In this document: positions 28,532-38,129 of the stretch, piece by piece
How positions within the stretch are numbered: position 1 is the first letter of the stretch
Layout: every line of letters starts with the position of its first letter
Source: an uncultured Candidatus Saccharibacteria bacterium
GTDB lineage: Bacteria; Patescibacteriota; Minisyncoccia; Phycocordibacterales; PALSA-1337
Direction of reading: 5' to 3'
DNA: 64,000 bases
Assembly (NCBI GenBank): GCA_964529025.1
Contig: CAZGUZ010000004.1
Coordinates: 4,805-68,804 of the forward strand
Program-made: the position numbers and the translations under genes
Notes under the pieces: generated by a model
The model's database searches: none
Told to the model about the DNA's origin: nothing
What the model saw: the letters and a program-made list of their open reading frames with translations, nothing else

Positions 28532-30085
28532 TTAAAATGTTTTTTCTGCGGTTTTCTCTACGGTATGGAATGCTTCTATTTTATCACCCACTGCAATTTC
28601 GATAGAACATTCAATCATCATTCCGCACTCAAATCCTTCGCGCACTTCATTACCTTTAACTTTTTGCACCTGGATTTCGCGGATCTTTCCCATAGCTACT
28701 TGAATGTCTCGGCGCATGATTCTGACCTCGTTTCCTGTGCGTAGGGTACCCTCGGTTACCTTAAGACCAATGATTCTGCGGTCTTTCTGACTTCCAAAGA
28801 GGGCAAGAATTTTTCCTTTGCCGGTAATTTCTTCGACAAATTCTTTAGGAATCTTTGAAGTTACGATTCCCTTAAGGTAATCAATGAGTTCGTAAATAAT
28901 TGTATAGGTAGAAATGGTAACCGGTGTTCGTTCAATAACTGCACGGGCTTTTGTATCAACCTTAGTATTAAAGGCAACAATAATAGTGTCAGGGTTTGGA
29001 ATTGCTGCTTTAACATCGGCTTCGGTAACATCACCAATACCTTCGCTAATAACGTGGATTTTTACCTTAGGATGGCTAATTTTCTTAAGTTCATGATGAA
29101 TTCCTTCAATACTGCCAGTTACATCGGCTTTAATAATGAGGGGAATATACACCATACCTTCTTCAACAGGCATTGCTTCTTTGGTATTGAGCTTAAGTTC
29201 TTTTTCGAGATTGATATTTTTAAGAACCTCGGCCTCGGCTTCTTTTTTGGTTGCTACGATACTAATTGTTGAGCCAACACGAGGAATTGCATTCCAGCCA
29301 ATAATTTTAACGGGGCTCGAAGGAATAGCGCTTTTGATGAGTTTTCCTTGATAGTTTTCCATGATGCGAATTGGAGCAAAAGCGTTCTCGGCAACAATGA
29401 AGTCGCCAGAGGTAATTGTTCCATTGGTTACGATCACCGTAGCAGAAACACCTTTTTTTGTATCAAGATTTGCCTCGATAATTACTCCTTGCGCTGGGGC
29501 AGAGTGGTCTGCAGTTAAGTCTTCGAGCTCTGCAACGAGCATAATCATATCAAGAAGATCAGGAATACCTGTTCCTTTAAGGGCTGAAATATTAACGACA
29601 GGAGTGTCGCCGCCATAGCCTTCAACGTAAACCTCGGCTTCAGCTAGGGTAAGTTTTGTTCGCTCAGGATCAGCGCCTGGTTTATCAATTTTATTAATAG
29701 CCACGATAAAAGGTAGTTGCTCTTTTTTAATGCAATTAAGAGCTTCGAGAGTTTGTGGCTTTACGCCGTCTTCGGCAGAAACAACGAGGATAGCAATATC
29801 AGCAACCTTTGCTCCACGAGAACGAATACCAGAAAACGCTGCATGGCCAGGAGTGTCCAAAAAAGTAATAGTTCCTTTTTTACCTTCGCTTGTTGTGTGC
29901 TCTACTTCGTATGCGCCAAGGTGCTGTGTAATACCACCAGCTTCATGAGCTACAATGTTTGATTTGCGAATATAGTCGAGAAGGGTAGATTTACCATGGT
30001 CAATATGGCCCATGATAACAACAACAGGGGGTCGAGAAGTACTACCCTGTGATACGGGCTCTACATTGTGAGTGCGAGGAGACAT
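28532..30085 (-). CDS. infB: Translation initiation factor IF-2 (short form)
   Basis: RPPVVVIMGHIDHGKSTLLD, DTPGHAAF, NKID, KADVTGS. Confidence 0.97.
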   Translation of the reverse strand: MSPRTHNVEPVSQGSTSRPPVVVIMGHIDHGKSTLLDYIRKSNIVAHEAGGITQHLGAYEVEHTTSEGKKGTITFLDTPGHAAFSGIRSRGAKVADIAILVVSAEDGVKPQTLEALNCIKKEQLPFIVAINKIDKPGADPERTKLTLAEAEVYVEGYGGDTPVVNISALKGTGIPDLLDMIMLVAELEDLTADHSAPAQGVIIEANLDTKKGVSATVIVTNGTITSGDFIVAENAFAPIRIMENYQGKLIKSAIPSSPVKIIGWNAIPRVGSTISIVATKKEAEAEVLKNINLEKELKLNTKEAMPVEEGMVYIPLIIKADVTGSIEGIHHELKKISHPKVKIHVISEGIGDVTEADVKAAIPNPDTIIVAFNTKVDTKARAVIERTPVTISTYTIIYELIDYLKGIVTSKIPKEFVEEITGKGKILALFGSQKDRRIIGLKVTEGTLRTGNEVRIMRRDIQVAMGKIREIQVQKVKGNEVREGFECGMMIECSIEIAVGDKIEAFHTVEKTAEKTF

Positions 30086-30122
30086 GCACTACATCATATA
30101 ACAAAATGTGCATTTGGTAAAG

Positions 30123-30587
30123 CTAGTTAAGCTTTTTGCGGGCTTCACTGAGGGCTAGTTTTTCTTCGGCAGTAAGCTCAAATTCTGAGTCGTACTTAGT
30201 AATTGGTTTTGAATATACACTAACATGGTCACGAGAATATAAGCTTGAAATAATTACTCCATCGCCATGCTCATTTAAAAGTGCTGTTGCAAAACTTTGA
30301 TTGCCACCCGAGCCAGTTCCTTTAAAAGGGTTAAAGCGAACAGTATGAATTCCTTGTGTGCTACGCTTAAGGCGACCCTCTACTGTCTGCAAATAGTTCT
30401 CAAGCTCTTGGCGAAACTTTTTTAAATCAATAACATCGGTATCAATTGCTCCAAGAGCACCTTCGATATTGTCGGCACCTGTTGTCCGTAAAAACTTTTT
30501 GAGCTTGTACTCGAGGCGAATAATAAGACCAGCAAGAATAAGTACAAGAACTATAAGAGAAATAATGAGAATATTTTCGAGTGACAT
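30123..30587 (-). CDS. DUF4446 family protein
   Basis: TM then VRFNPF..GGNQSFA.ALL...GDGV.ISSL.SR...VYSKP. Confidence 0.8.
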   Translation of the reverse strand: MSLENILIISLIVLVLILAGLIIRLEYKLKKFLRTTGADNIEGALGAIDTDVIDLKKFRQELENYLQTVEGRLKRSTQGIHTVRFNPFKGTGSGGNQSFATALLNEHGDGVIISSLYSRDHVSVYSKPITKYDSEFELTAEEKLALSEARKKLN

Positions 30588-30683
30588 GCTATGAGTATAT
30601 CAAATTTTTGTAGCAGACTTTTTGTGTGCAAGAATACACCATACACAATTGCATAGAGCAAGGTTACCGTGTAGAGTATAGTT

Positions 30684-31991
30684 ATGAAAATCGTGAGTCA
30701 TTTAAATGCTGCCTACATAGCATGTACCGAGAGTCTTCATCGCACTTTTGTGCGCAATTTTTGGTACGGTTCATATATACGGGGCTATGCTGATTATGCA
30801 GCTCTTACTCCTCTTGATCCAAGGAATGGCTCATTGCATGCACTCATAAGTGGTCACAACTTACGAAATATCTGGGCTAACCCTGGCTCTTTGCATACAC
30901 AGGGTGTATATGCTCGAAGGGCTTTAGCAGAGCAGAGGAATGTTTGTGCCGAGCTTTTACGCGCACATGCCGACGAAATTATTTTTACCAGCTCTGGCAC
31001 CGAGGCTAATAACCTGGCTATTATGGGCTACATTGAAGCCCTCATTGATACAGGTATGAAATATGCTGATATGCATATTATTGTTTCATCAATCGAACAT
31101 CAATCTGTACTTGCTTGTATTGAAGAGCTTGAAAAGCGTGGGGTAAAAGTGACTTATATAAGTGTTGAGCACGGTAAATTTGATTTTGAGGCTTTTGATA
31201 AAGCTCTTAAGAATAATAAAAATACTGTGCTCGTTTCGTGCATGATGGTTAACAATGAAGTCGGTATTCGCTTGCCAGTTGAAGACATTGTTAAAAAAGT
31301 GCGCCACTATAATAGTGAGAACAATGCGGGCGGTAACAATAAAGCACCGGCACCACGCTGCCGAATTCACACTGATGCTTGCCAAGCAATAGTGCACGAA
31401 CAAATTTCTCTAGAAAAACTTGGTGTAGATTTTCTGGTTCTTGATAGTCATAAAATATATGGCCCTCGCGGAGTTGGAATACTTTTTGCTCGCCGTGGAG
31501 CAGAACTTAAATCTGTAATATATGGTGGAGGTCAAGAAAACGGCCGCCGCAGCGGAACAGAAAACTTATACGGTATACACGGTGCAGTGACAGCTCTTAA
31601 GCGAATAAATGAGATCCGTACCTATGAAACCATGCGTATTTCAAAACTCCAAAACTATTTTGAAAACAAAGTTAAACAGTCAAAGATTCTTGGTGCAAAA
31701 TTTAAGTGCATTGGTGCAGACGTTCGCCGTAGTCCGCATATATCAAGCCTACTTGTGCCCGAAGGAGTAGATGCAGAAATGCTCGTTTTAAGACTCGACG
31801 CAGCTCATTGTGCAATCTCTACAAAAAGTGCTTGCTTACGCGATGAAGATGAATCGTATGTTCTTGCAAATCTTGGTTTTAAAGGCCGACACGCTCTACG
31901 TTTTTCTTGGGGAAGATATACAACAAAAGGGGATATACAAAGAATGGTGGCAGAGCTTGAAAGAATTGTTAAAATTTTTGTGCAAAAATAG
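30684..31991 (+). CDS. Cysteine desulfurase family (NifS/IscS-like) PLP enzyme
   Basis: ANPGSLH, FTSSGTEANN, HTDACQA, DSHKIYGP, GGQE..RRSGTEN, STKSAC. Confidence 0.9.
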   Translation: MKIVSHLNAAYIACTESLHRTFVRNFWYGSYIRGYADYAALTPLDPRNGSLHALISGHNLRNIWANPGSLHTQGVYARRALAEQRNVCAELLRAHADEIIFTSSGTEANNLAIMGYIEALIDTGMKYADMHIIVSSIEHQSVLACIEELEKRGVKVTYISVEHGKFDFEAFDKALKNNKNTVLVSCMMVNNEVGIRLPVEDIVKKVRHYNSENNAGGNNKAPAPRCRIHTDACQAIVHEQISLEKLGVDFLVLDSHKIYGPRGVGILFARRGAELKSVIYGGGQENGRRSGTENLYGIHGAVTALKRINEIRTYETMRISKLQNYFENKVKQSKILGAKFKCIGADVRRSPHISSLLVPEGVDAEMLVLRLDAAHCAISTKSACLRDEDESYVLANLGFKGRHALRFSWGRYTTKGDIQRMVAELERIVKIFVQK

Positions 31992-32028
31992 GTTTTGACG
32001 ATATATAAAACTGTACTATAGTATATAT

Positions 32029-32205
32029 ATGATAAATTTCCTCAGAAAAATCTTTAGGCCACACCCAGCATCACTCGATGCTGTTATTGAGCGTCAGTTT
32101 AAAGCCAATAAGGGTGTTTTTAAGGATTTAAGAGATTACGATGCAGGAAAAAAAGATATTTCAACAACTAACATCGAAAAACTTATTGGAGATTTACACC
32201 AGTAA
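32029..32205 (+). CDS. Small hypothetical protein, 58 aa (not in ORF track)
   Basis: ATG..TAA ORF MINFLRKIFRPHPASLDAVIERQFKANKGVFKDLRDYDAGKK...; TTGACG and a -10-like box just upstream. Confidence 0.55.
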   Translation: MINFLRKIFRPHPASLDAVIERQFKANKGVFKDLRDYDAGKKDISTTNIEKLIGDLHQ

Positions 32206-32260
32206 GCTCGTAGAAAAATTTACACTTTGATTTATAAGTAAAAGAGTGTACTATACAGGT

Positions 32261-33073
32261 ATGGAAGATCTCACCAAACAACAAATTGTTCTGGTTACGA
32301 TACTCACAAGTTTTGTAACATCTATTGCAACAGGCATTGTGGTGGTTTCACTTGTTGATACAACACCTCAAGGTAATGTAGTTCAAACAATTAATCGCGT
32401 TGTTGAACGTACAATTGAAAAAGTTGTTACGCCAGAACCTGCTCTACAACAAGCAGCAGCAGTTCAGACAGTTAAGACAGTTATTGTTCCTGCCGAAGAT
32501 GTTATTGCTCAAGCTACAGAAAAGACAATTAATTCAGTAGGCACAATAAAATTAGTACAAAGAAATTCTCCAGCATCATTTGTGGCTATCGGTGCAGTTA
32601 TTGGAGACGGTACAGTTGTAATGACCGATGCTGGGGTAATTAATCAGACAAGTAAATATACAGTTACTTTTTACGGCCAAACAGAAGCAGTTCCAGTTAC
32701 AGAAATTATTATTCCAAAAAATAGTGCAGTAGCATTTTTAAGATTTGGCCCAGTTCCACCCGGGGTAAAGCTTAGCCCACTTGAAATTGCAGAAAACGAT
32801 CAAGTAAAAGTAGGACAAACAAACCTCGTATATAATGGCAGAGAAGTAGTAAAAGTAGCCCAAACACTCATTGATGGCCAAGTCGCCTCAACACCAACTA
32901 CGCCCGATGGAATGAGTTTCTCACAAACATTGCAATTTGTACCAGGATCTTTCGCAGTTAATTTGCAAGGAAAAATATCAGGAATGTATCTTGTAGACAC
33001 AGCAACAACACGACCAGATTTTCCTTTCGTTTCGGTGACAACACTTAAAAATTCTCGAGCTCTTCTCAAGTAG
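32261..33073 (+). CDS. Membrane-anchored degenerate trypsin-like (HtrA-like) protein
   Basis: MEDLTKQQIVLV..., QTINRVVERTIEKV, PGS.AVNLQGKI.G; catalytic GNSGG absent. Confidence 0.6.
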   Translation: MEDLTKQQIVLVTILTSFVTSIATGIVVVSLVDTTPQGNVVQTINRVVERTIEKVVTPEPALQQAAAVQTVKTVIVPAEDVIAQATEKTINSVGTIKLVQRNSPASFVAIGAVIGDGTVVMTDAGVINQTSKYTVTFYGQTEAVPVTEIIIPKNSAVAFLRFGPVPPGVKLSPLEIAENDQVKVGQTNLVYNGREVVKVAQTLIDGQVASTPTTPDGMSFSQTLQFVPGSFAVNLQGKISGMYLVDTATTRPDFPFVSVTTLKNSRALLK

Positions 33074-33152
33074 GATAGTTAAATATGACAGTGAAAATGC
33101 AAAAAGTGCGGTTTGACCCGACCCTAATTTATTGGTATAGTTTTTCCACGAT

Positions 33153-35831
33153 ATGCCCCCATTCAAAGATTTTACAACCAAAGCTAAAGAAGCAATTAGA
33201 AAGGCTCATGAATTAGCAATAGAGCGCGGACAGAATCATGTTAATCCTGTGCATCTTTTGTGTGCTCTTGTTGTGCAAGAAGAAAGTATGGTGGTTTCTA
33301 TTCTCGATAAGCTCGAAATTGATACAGTTTCTTTCACTGATCATGTTGTGGATAGTATTGAGTCTCCAGAAAACGCAACAGTACTTTCGCCATCGTATCA
33401 AATCTATTTAACTCCTGATTTGGCTCAGATTCTTGAGAATGCAGCAAAAGTAGCACAGAGTATGGGTGATAATTTTATCTCTACTGAACACCTCTTTGTG
33501 TCGATTCTTGATATTGCTGGCCAAGCTAAAGAGATTTTGTCTAAGTTTAAGATTCAACGCGCTGCTGTTGTGCGTGTTATTGAAGAACTTCGCACACAAA
33601 ATTCTTCGAATGCAAAGAATGATAAGAGTATGCGAACACTCGCAAAGTACACGCGTAGCCTTACTCGTTTAGCTAAAGAAAATAAGCTTGACCCTGTAAT
33701 TGGCCGCGATACCGAAATTTTGCGTGTTATTCAAATCTTGTCACGCCGAACAAAAAACAATCCAATCCTCATTGGTGAAGCTGGTGTAGGTAAAACTGCA
33801 GTAGCCGAAGGCTTGGCTTTGCGCATGGCAGCGGGCGATGTTCCAGAATCACTTAAGGATAAAGAGCTCGTTTCTCTTGATTTGGGTGCGCTTGTTGCTG
33901 GTACAAAGTACCGTGGAGAATTTGAAGAGCGACTCAAAAATATTCTTAAAGAAATTGAGCGTGCCGAAGGTAAGGTGATTCTTTTTATCGATGAAATCCA
34001 CACAATCGTAGGGGCAGGGGCTTCTGAAGGATCAATGGATGCTTCAAATATGCTTAAGCCAGCTCTTGCTCGTGGCGAACTCCGTGCAATTGGTGCAACA
34101 ACACTCCGTGAGTATCAAAAGCATATTGAAAAGGATCCCGCTCTTACTCGACGCTTCCAGCCAGTATACGTTAATGAGCCTTCTGAAGAAGATGCAATTT
34201 CTATTCTTCGTGGCCTTAAAGAAAAGTACGAGCTGTACCACGGCGTGCGTATTACTGACGATGCCCTTGTGGCGGCTGTTGAACTTTCAACACGCTATAT
34301 CGCTGATCGTTTTTTGCCTGATAAAACAGTCGACCTTATTGACGAAGCTGCTTCTGCTCTTAAGATTTCTCTTGAAAATATGCCACCAGAGCTCGAAGAA
34401 ACTCGTCGCAAAATTATGCGCCTCGAAATTGAGCGCGAAGCCCTTAAAAAGGAGACTTCGAAAGAATCAAAAGCTCGAACAGAAAAGATCGAGACTGATA
34501 TTGCTGACCTTAAAGAAGGTACTTCAGAGCTCGAGCTTAAATGGAAAAATGAAAAAGATACTCTTACCGAAATTAAGCGCATTAAAAAAGACCTTGAGCA
34601 ATTGCGTATTGATGCAGAGTCTGCAGAGGCTCGTGCCGATTTAGCTCGAGCTGCCGAAATTCGCTACGGAAAGATTCCAGCCCTCGAGCGAGATTTAGAT
34701 ATAAAGAGCAAGCGCCTCAAAAAGCTACAATCATCACGCAGAATTCTTAAAGAAGAAATTACTGCCGAAGACATTGCAGATGTTGTCTCTCGTTGGACAG
34801 GTATTCCTGTATCACGCATGCTCGAAGCCGAGGCTCATAAATTGTCGCGTATGGAAGAAGAGCTTAAAAAGCGCATTGTTGGCCAAGATGAAGCAGTGCA
34901 AAAGATTTCTGACACCATTAAACGTTCTCGTGCAGGAATTGCTGATCCAAATCGACCAATTGGCTCTTTCATTTTCCTTGGACCAACGGGTGTTGGTAAG
35001 ACAGAACTTACGAAGGCTCTTGCAGAATTCCTCTTCAATGACGATAAAGCATTAATTCGAGTTGATATGAGTGAGTTCATGGAAAAACATTCAATTGCTA
35101 AACTTATTGGTGCTCCTCCAGGCTATGTTGGTTACGATGAAGGTGGCGGCCTTACCGAAAAAGTTCGACATCGACCATACTCTGTTATTTTGTTCGATGA
35201 AATCGAAAAAGCTCACCCAGAAGTATTTAATATGCTTCTTCAGGTTCTTGATAATGGTCGCCTTACCGATGCAAAGGGAAGAACGGTTAACTTTAAGAAT
35301 ACCGTTATTATCATGACCTCAAATATTGGCGCTCAGTACATCGAGAGGATGGAAAAGATTGGCTTCTCAGGTTCTGCTTCATTGGCGCAAACCATAAGTG
35401 GCGAACGTGATCGAGCAAGCTATGCCGATGTTAAGGATAAGGTTATGGGTAGTCTTAAAGATTACTTTAGACCAGAATTCCTTAACCGCATCGACGACAT
35501 TATTCTCTTTGATATCTTGAGCAAAGAATCAATTCAGAACATTGTTAAAATCCAAGTTAAAGAAGTCGTTGATCGTTTGACTGCTAAAGACATCTATCTT
35601 GAAATATCTCAAGAAGTATACGAATACTTAGCTCGTGAAGGTTATAACCCTCAGTACGGAGCACGCCCATTGCGCCGACTTATTCAGAATAAGATTCTGA
35701 CACAGGTTGCCAATCTTATGATTTCGCGTGGAATCACAAAGGGTGGAACAATCCTTGTTGGAATTAAGGGTGAAGCATTTACTTTCGATGTAAAGAAGGT
35801 TCGAAAGGGAGTAAAAGAATTAGTTGTATAA
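33153..35831 (+). CDS. clpB: ATP-dependent chaperone ClpB
   Basis: Two AAA+ modules ([16 protein letters not shown]) with a long coiled-coil M domain. Confidence 0.93.
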   Translation: MPPFKDFTTKAKEAIRKAHELAIERGQNHVNPVHLLCALVVQEESMVVSILDKLEIDTVSFTDHVVDSIESPENATVLSPSYQIYLTPDLAQILENAAKVAQSMGDNFISTEHLFVSILDIAGQAKEILSKFKIQRAAVVRVIEELRTQNSSNAKNDKSMRTLAKYTRSLTRLAKENKLDPVIGRDTEILRVIQILSRRTKNNPILIGEAGVGKTAVAEGLALRMAAGDVPESLKDKELVSLDLGALVAGTKYRGEFEERLKNILKEIERAEGKVILFIDEIHTIVGAGASEGSMDASNMLKPALARGELRAIGATTLREYQKHIEKDPALTRRFQPVYVNEPSEEDAISILRGLKEKYELYHGVRITDDALVAAVELSTRYIADRFLPDKTVDLIDEAASALKISLENMPPELEETRRKIMRLEIEREALKKETSKESKARTEKIETDIADLKEGTSELELKWKNEKDTLTEIKRIKKDLEQLRIDAESAEARADLARAAEIRYGKIPALERDLDIKSKRLKKLQSSRRILKEEITAEDIADVVSRWTGIPVSRMLEAEAHKLSRMEEELKKRIVGQDEAVQKISDTIKRSRAGIADPNRPIGSFIFLGPTGVGKTELTKALAEFLFNDDKALIRVDMSEFMEKHSIAKLIGAPPGYVGYDEGGGLTEKVRHRPYSVILFDEIEKAHPEVFNMLLQVLDNGRLTDAKGRTVNFKNTVIIMTSNIGAQYIERMEKIGFSGSASLAQTISGERDRASYADVKDKVMGSLKDYFRPEFLNRIDDIILFDILSKESIQNIVKIQVKEVVDRLTAKDIYLEISQEVYEYLAREGYNPQYGARPLRRLIQNKILTQVANLMISRGITKGGTILVGIKGEAFTFDVKKVRKGVKELVV

Positions 35832-35922
35832 GACATGAGCTTAAAGAAAGAAAAAGGCCCCAGCACCAGTGAGGGCTTTTTTCTTTATAAATATGTGCTA
35901 TAATTTGACCGTTATTTTATTT

Positions 35923-36008
35923 GCGCAGGTGGTAGAGTGGTCAATTACAACAGACTGTAAATCTGTCGCCTTCGGGCTACGGGGGTTCAAATCCCTCCCT
36001 GCGCACCA
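35923..36008 (+). tRNA. tRNA-Tyr(GTA)
   Basis: GCGCAGG/CCTGCGC acceptor, ACAGA-CTGTAAA-TCTGT, variable arm, CCA. Confidence 0.96.
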
Positions 36009-36009
36009 A

Positions 36010-36038
36010 TTAAAAAACCGCCCCAAGGCGGTTTTTAA
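36010..36038. terminator. Terminator-like hairpin between tRNA-Tyr and element D
   Basis: AAAAACCGCC-CCAA-GGCGGTTTTT. Confidence 0.8.
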
Positions 36039-36207
36039 GTGCGCAGGGAGGGATTTGAAAGACGGAACGAGCGCAGGCGAGCGAGTCGGGTGAGAATGTG
36101 TAGCATTCGCAAGACTCATTGAGCTCGAGTACTCGAGGGCCAATGAGTGGACAGACCCTGTAAGGGTCGCAGAAACTTTCAGCAGAAAATTATCTGTGAC
36201 CAAATCC
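36039..36207 (+). repeat. tRNA-3'-end-armed structured element, copy D (tRNA-Tyr arm, with internal extra hairpins)
   Basis: GTGCGCAGGGAGGGATTTGAA (inverted repeat of 35986-36006)-AGACGGA...AGTCGGG-[~73 nt insert]-GGGTCGC-[hairpin]-GTGACC-AAATCC. Confidence 0.85.
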
Positions 36208-36245
36208 TTGCATTTAAGCATGCGGCGGTATATTCTCTAGCAAGA

Positions 36246-36737
36246 ATGAAACTCATAATAATGCGTCATGGAGACCATTTCGAAAATGCGCTCACTAAAT
36301 ATGGAATTGGCCAGATAACAGATCTCGGCAAGGCGCTACCGCAAATCATTGCTAGGCATGGCATTGATGTTTCAAGAGTCCTCTTTTTGGTGAGTCCACA
36401 AGGAAGGACACGTGCAACAGCTTATAGACTCGAGGCACACCTCGAGTCCTGTGGTATGCAACATTGCCAATACGAAGTCGTAGAAGTATTTGAAAGCGAG
36501 GATGATGCTGGCTACCAAAAGGCAGCAGAGCTCATCGCCGAGCGCTGTAAGCGTGAAGACTACACGTTGGTGTGGGTGGTAACCCATTTTTACCATATGG
36601 CTAACGTCCCGTATCTTGTACTGAGTCTGATGTGTGGCGAAGGTGTTGCCGACCCAGTCCAAATCTCTACAGCGTGCTGCGACCCAATCCTGATCGACAC
36701 GACTAATGGTAAGAGCTGGTATCCTCTTTGTGACTAG
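36246..36737 (+). CDS. Histidine phosphatase superfamily protein (SixA-like)
   Basis: MKLIIMRHG, LT.YG..Q, VSP..RT..TA, VVTH motifs. Confidence 0.8.
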   Translation: MKLIIMRHGDHFENALTKYGIGQITDLGKALPQIIARHGIDVSRVLFLVSPQGRTRATAYRLEAHLESCGMQHCQYEVVEVFESEDDAGYQKAAELIAERCKREDYTLVWVVTHFYHMANVPYLVLSLMCGEGVADPVQISTACCDPILIDTTNGKSWYPLCD

Positions 36738-36767
36738 AGACTGGTTCAATGTCTCACCTTGGTCTAA

Positions 36768-36798
36768 CAAAAAACCGCGCCTAGCGCGGTTTTCTTTT
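36768..36798. terminator. Bidirectional terminator
   Basis: AAAACCGCGC-CTA-GCGCGGTTTT. Confidence 0.8.
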
Positions 36799-36802
36799 GC
36801 AA

Positions 36803-37534
36803 TTATTTCTCTGTCAACAATAGCGTATCAATAGCCGCTTTAACTGCACTATAGGGCTGCGCACCATTAATTGGTACAACCTTACCAGATTTAGTCACAA
36901 TAAAGGTAAATGGAGTACCCATGACACCAGCATTACTACCATCTTCAAGATCCGCTTGAATCTTATCAGTATGCTTTTGGCTTGCCATACACTCATTAAA
37001 CTTTGTTACATTAAGCCCAACAGTAGCAGCAATTTTAGGTAATTCATTCTGATCAAGACCACGAGGAGAATTTTGAGTTACCGCCGGAGTAACTTCATAA
37101 AGCTTATTGGTATAATTCCAGAATCCATCATTACCACCAATTTCAGCAGCACATTCAAGCGCATGAGCTTCATTACGTGCGTTGGGATGAATATTTTCAA
37201 GAGGGAAATGTCGGTACACCCAAGCAACATCACCAGACTTAGCATATTCTTCAGAAATACGCTTCATCGTACCGTGATATGTCTTACAGAAAGGACAAGA
37301 AGTGTCAGAGTACTCAACCAAGAATATTTTGGCCTGAGGATTTCCAAAAATGTGATCATTGGCAGAAATTGGAGCAATTTCACCGCTACCTGCTTGGGGA
37401 ATATTGCTGCCATCATTAACTCGTACACTGGCTCCACGCTGTGTCCACAAAACTGCACCAGCAATTAAAGCGCCAGCGACAATAATTGCCACGGGAATAG
37501 TAATTGGTTGCGAAGAAGGGGTGTGTGTTTCCAT
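36803..37534 (-). CDS. DsbA/BdbD-like thioredoxin-fold protein
   Basis: TM anchor, EYSDTSCPFC, YRHFPL, GVMGTP. Confidence 0.9.
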   Translation of the reverse strand: METHTPSSQPITIPVAIIVAGALIAGAVLWTQRGASVRVNDGSNIPQAGSGEIAPISANDHIFGNPQAKIFLVEYSDTSCPFCKTYHGTMKRISEEYAKSGDVAWVYRHFPLENIHPNARNEAHALECAAEIGGNDGFWNYTNKLYEVTPAVTQNSPRGLDQNELPKIAATVGLNVTKFNECMASQKHTDKIQADLEDGSNAGVMGTPFTFIVTKSGKVVPINGAQPYSAVKAAIDTLLLTEK

Positions 37535-37561
37535 GTTTTTTATATATGCTAGTATTGTAGC

Positions 37562-38128
37562 ATGATTCGAAAAACAAAGATTACCCCCAAGAAAATTACC
37601 AAGAAAGCAGTCAAAGTCATGCCCAAAAAAGCCGCTAAAGAACCAAAAATACAGAAAAACCTAGAATTTAAGGTTGGCGATGTTATGCCCGACTTTTTGG
37701 TGAATGATCAAGATGGAAATGCGCATAAGCTTTCTGACTACCGGGGTAGTGTTGTTGTTCTCTATTTTTACCCTAAAGATATGACATCGGGCTGTACGCT
37801 CGAGGCTCAAGGTTTTCAAGAAGCATGGCTCCAATTCACCGCTCTCGGCGCTATGATTTTTGGTGTGAGCCCAGACTCAGAAGAATCACATAATAAATTC
37901 TGCGAAAAAGAATCTATATCATTTCCACTATTTGCAGATATTGACCACAAAATTGCAGATAAATATGGCGTATGGAAAGAAAAGAGTATGTACGGAAAAA
38001 AGTATATGGGAGTTTCTCGCGAGACTTTCGTTATCGATGAAGAAGGAAAACTCATGAAGCACTTTACCGACGTTAAGCCAGCTGATCATCCACAAGAAGT
38101 ATTAAAATTCATCGAAGAAAATAAATAA
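37562..38128 (+). CDS. bcp: Peroxiredoxin Bcp with Lys-rich N-terminal extension
   Basis: LYFYPKDMTSGCTLEAQGF, GVSPDS, RETFVIDEEG. Confidence 0.9.
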   Translation: MIRKTKITPKKITKKAVKVMPKKAAKEPKIQKNLEFKVGDVMPDFLVNDQDGNAHKLSDYRGSVVVLYFYPKDMTSGCTLEAQGFQEAWLQFTALGAMIFGVSPDSEESHNKFCEKESISFPLFADIDHKIADKYGVWKEKSMYGKKYMGVSRETFVIDEEGKLMKHFTDVKPADHPQEVLKFIEENK

Positions 38129-38129
38129 T

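Noticed and set aside
27120-36059. tRNA 3'-end copies as classical prophage attL/attR sites
   Set aside because: The copies are inverted and only 32 nt from the tRNA; no integrase or phage genes are present.
35869-36245. ORFs 35869..36093 and 35898..36221, and the 5' extension of 36147..36737
   Set aside because: They overlap tRNA-Tyr and element D; the RHG motif places the real start at 36246.
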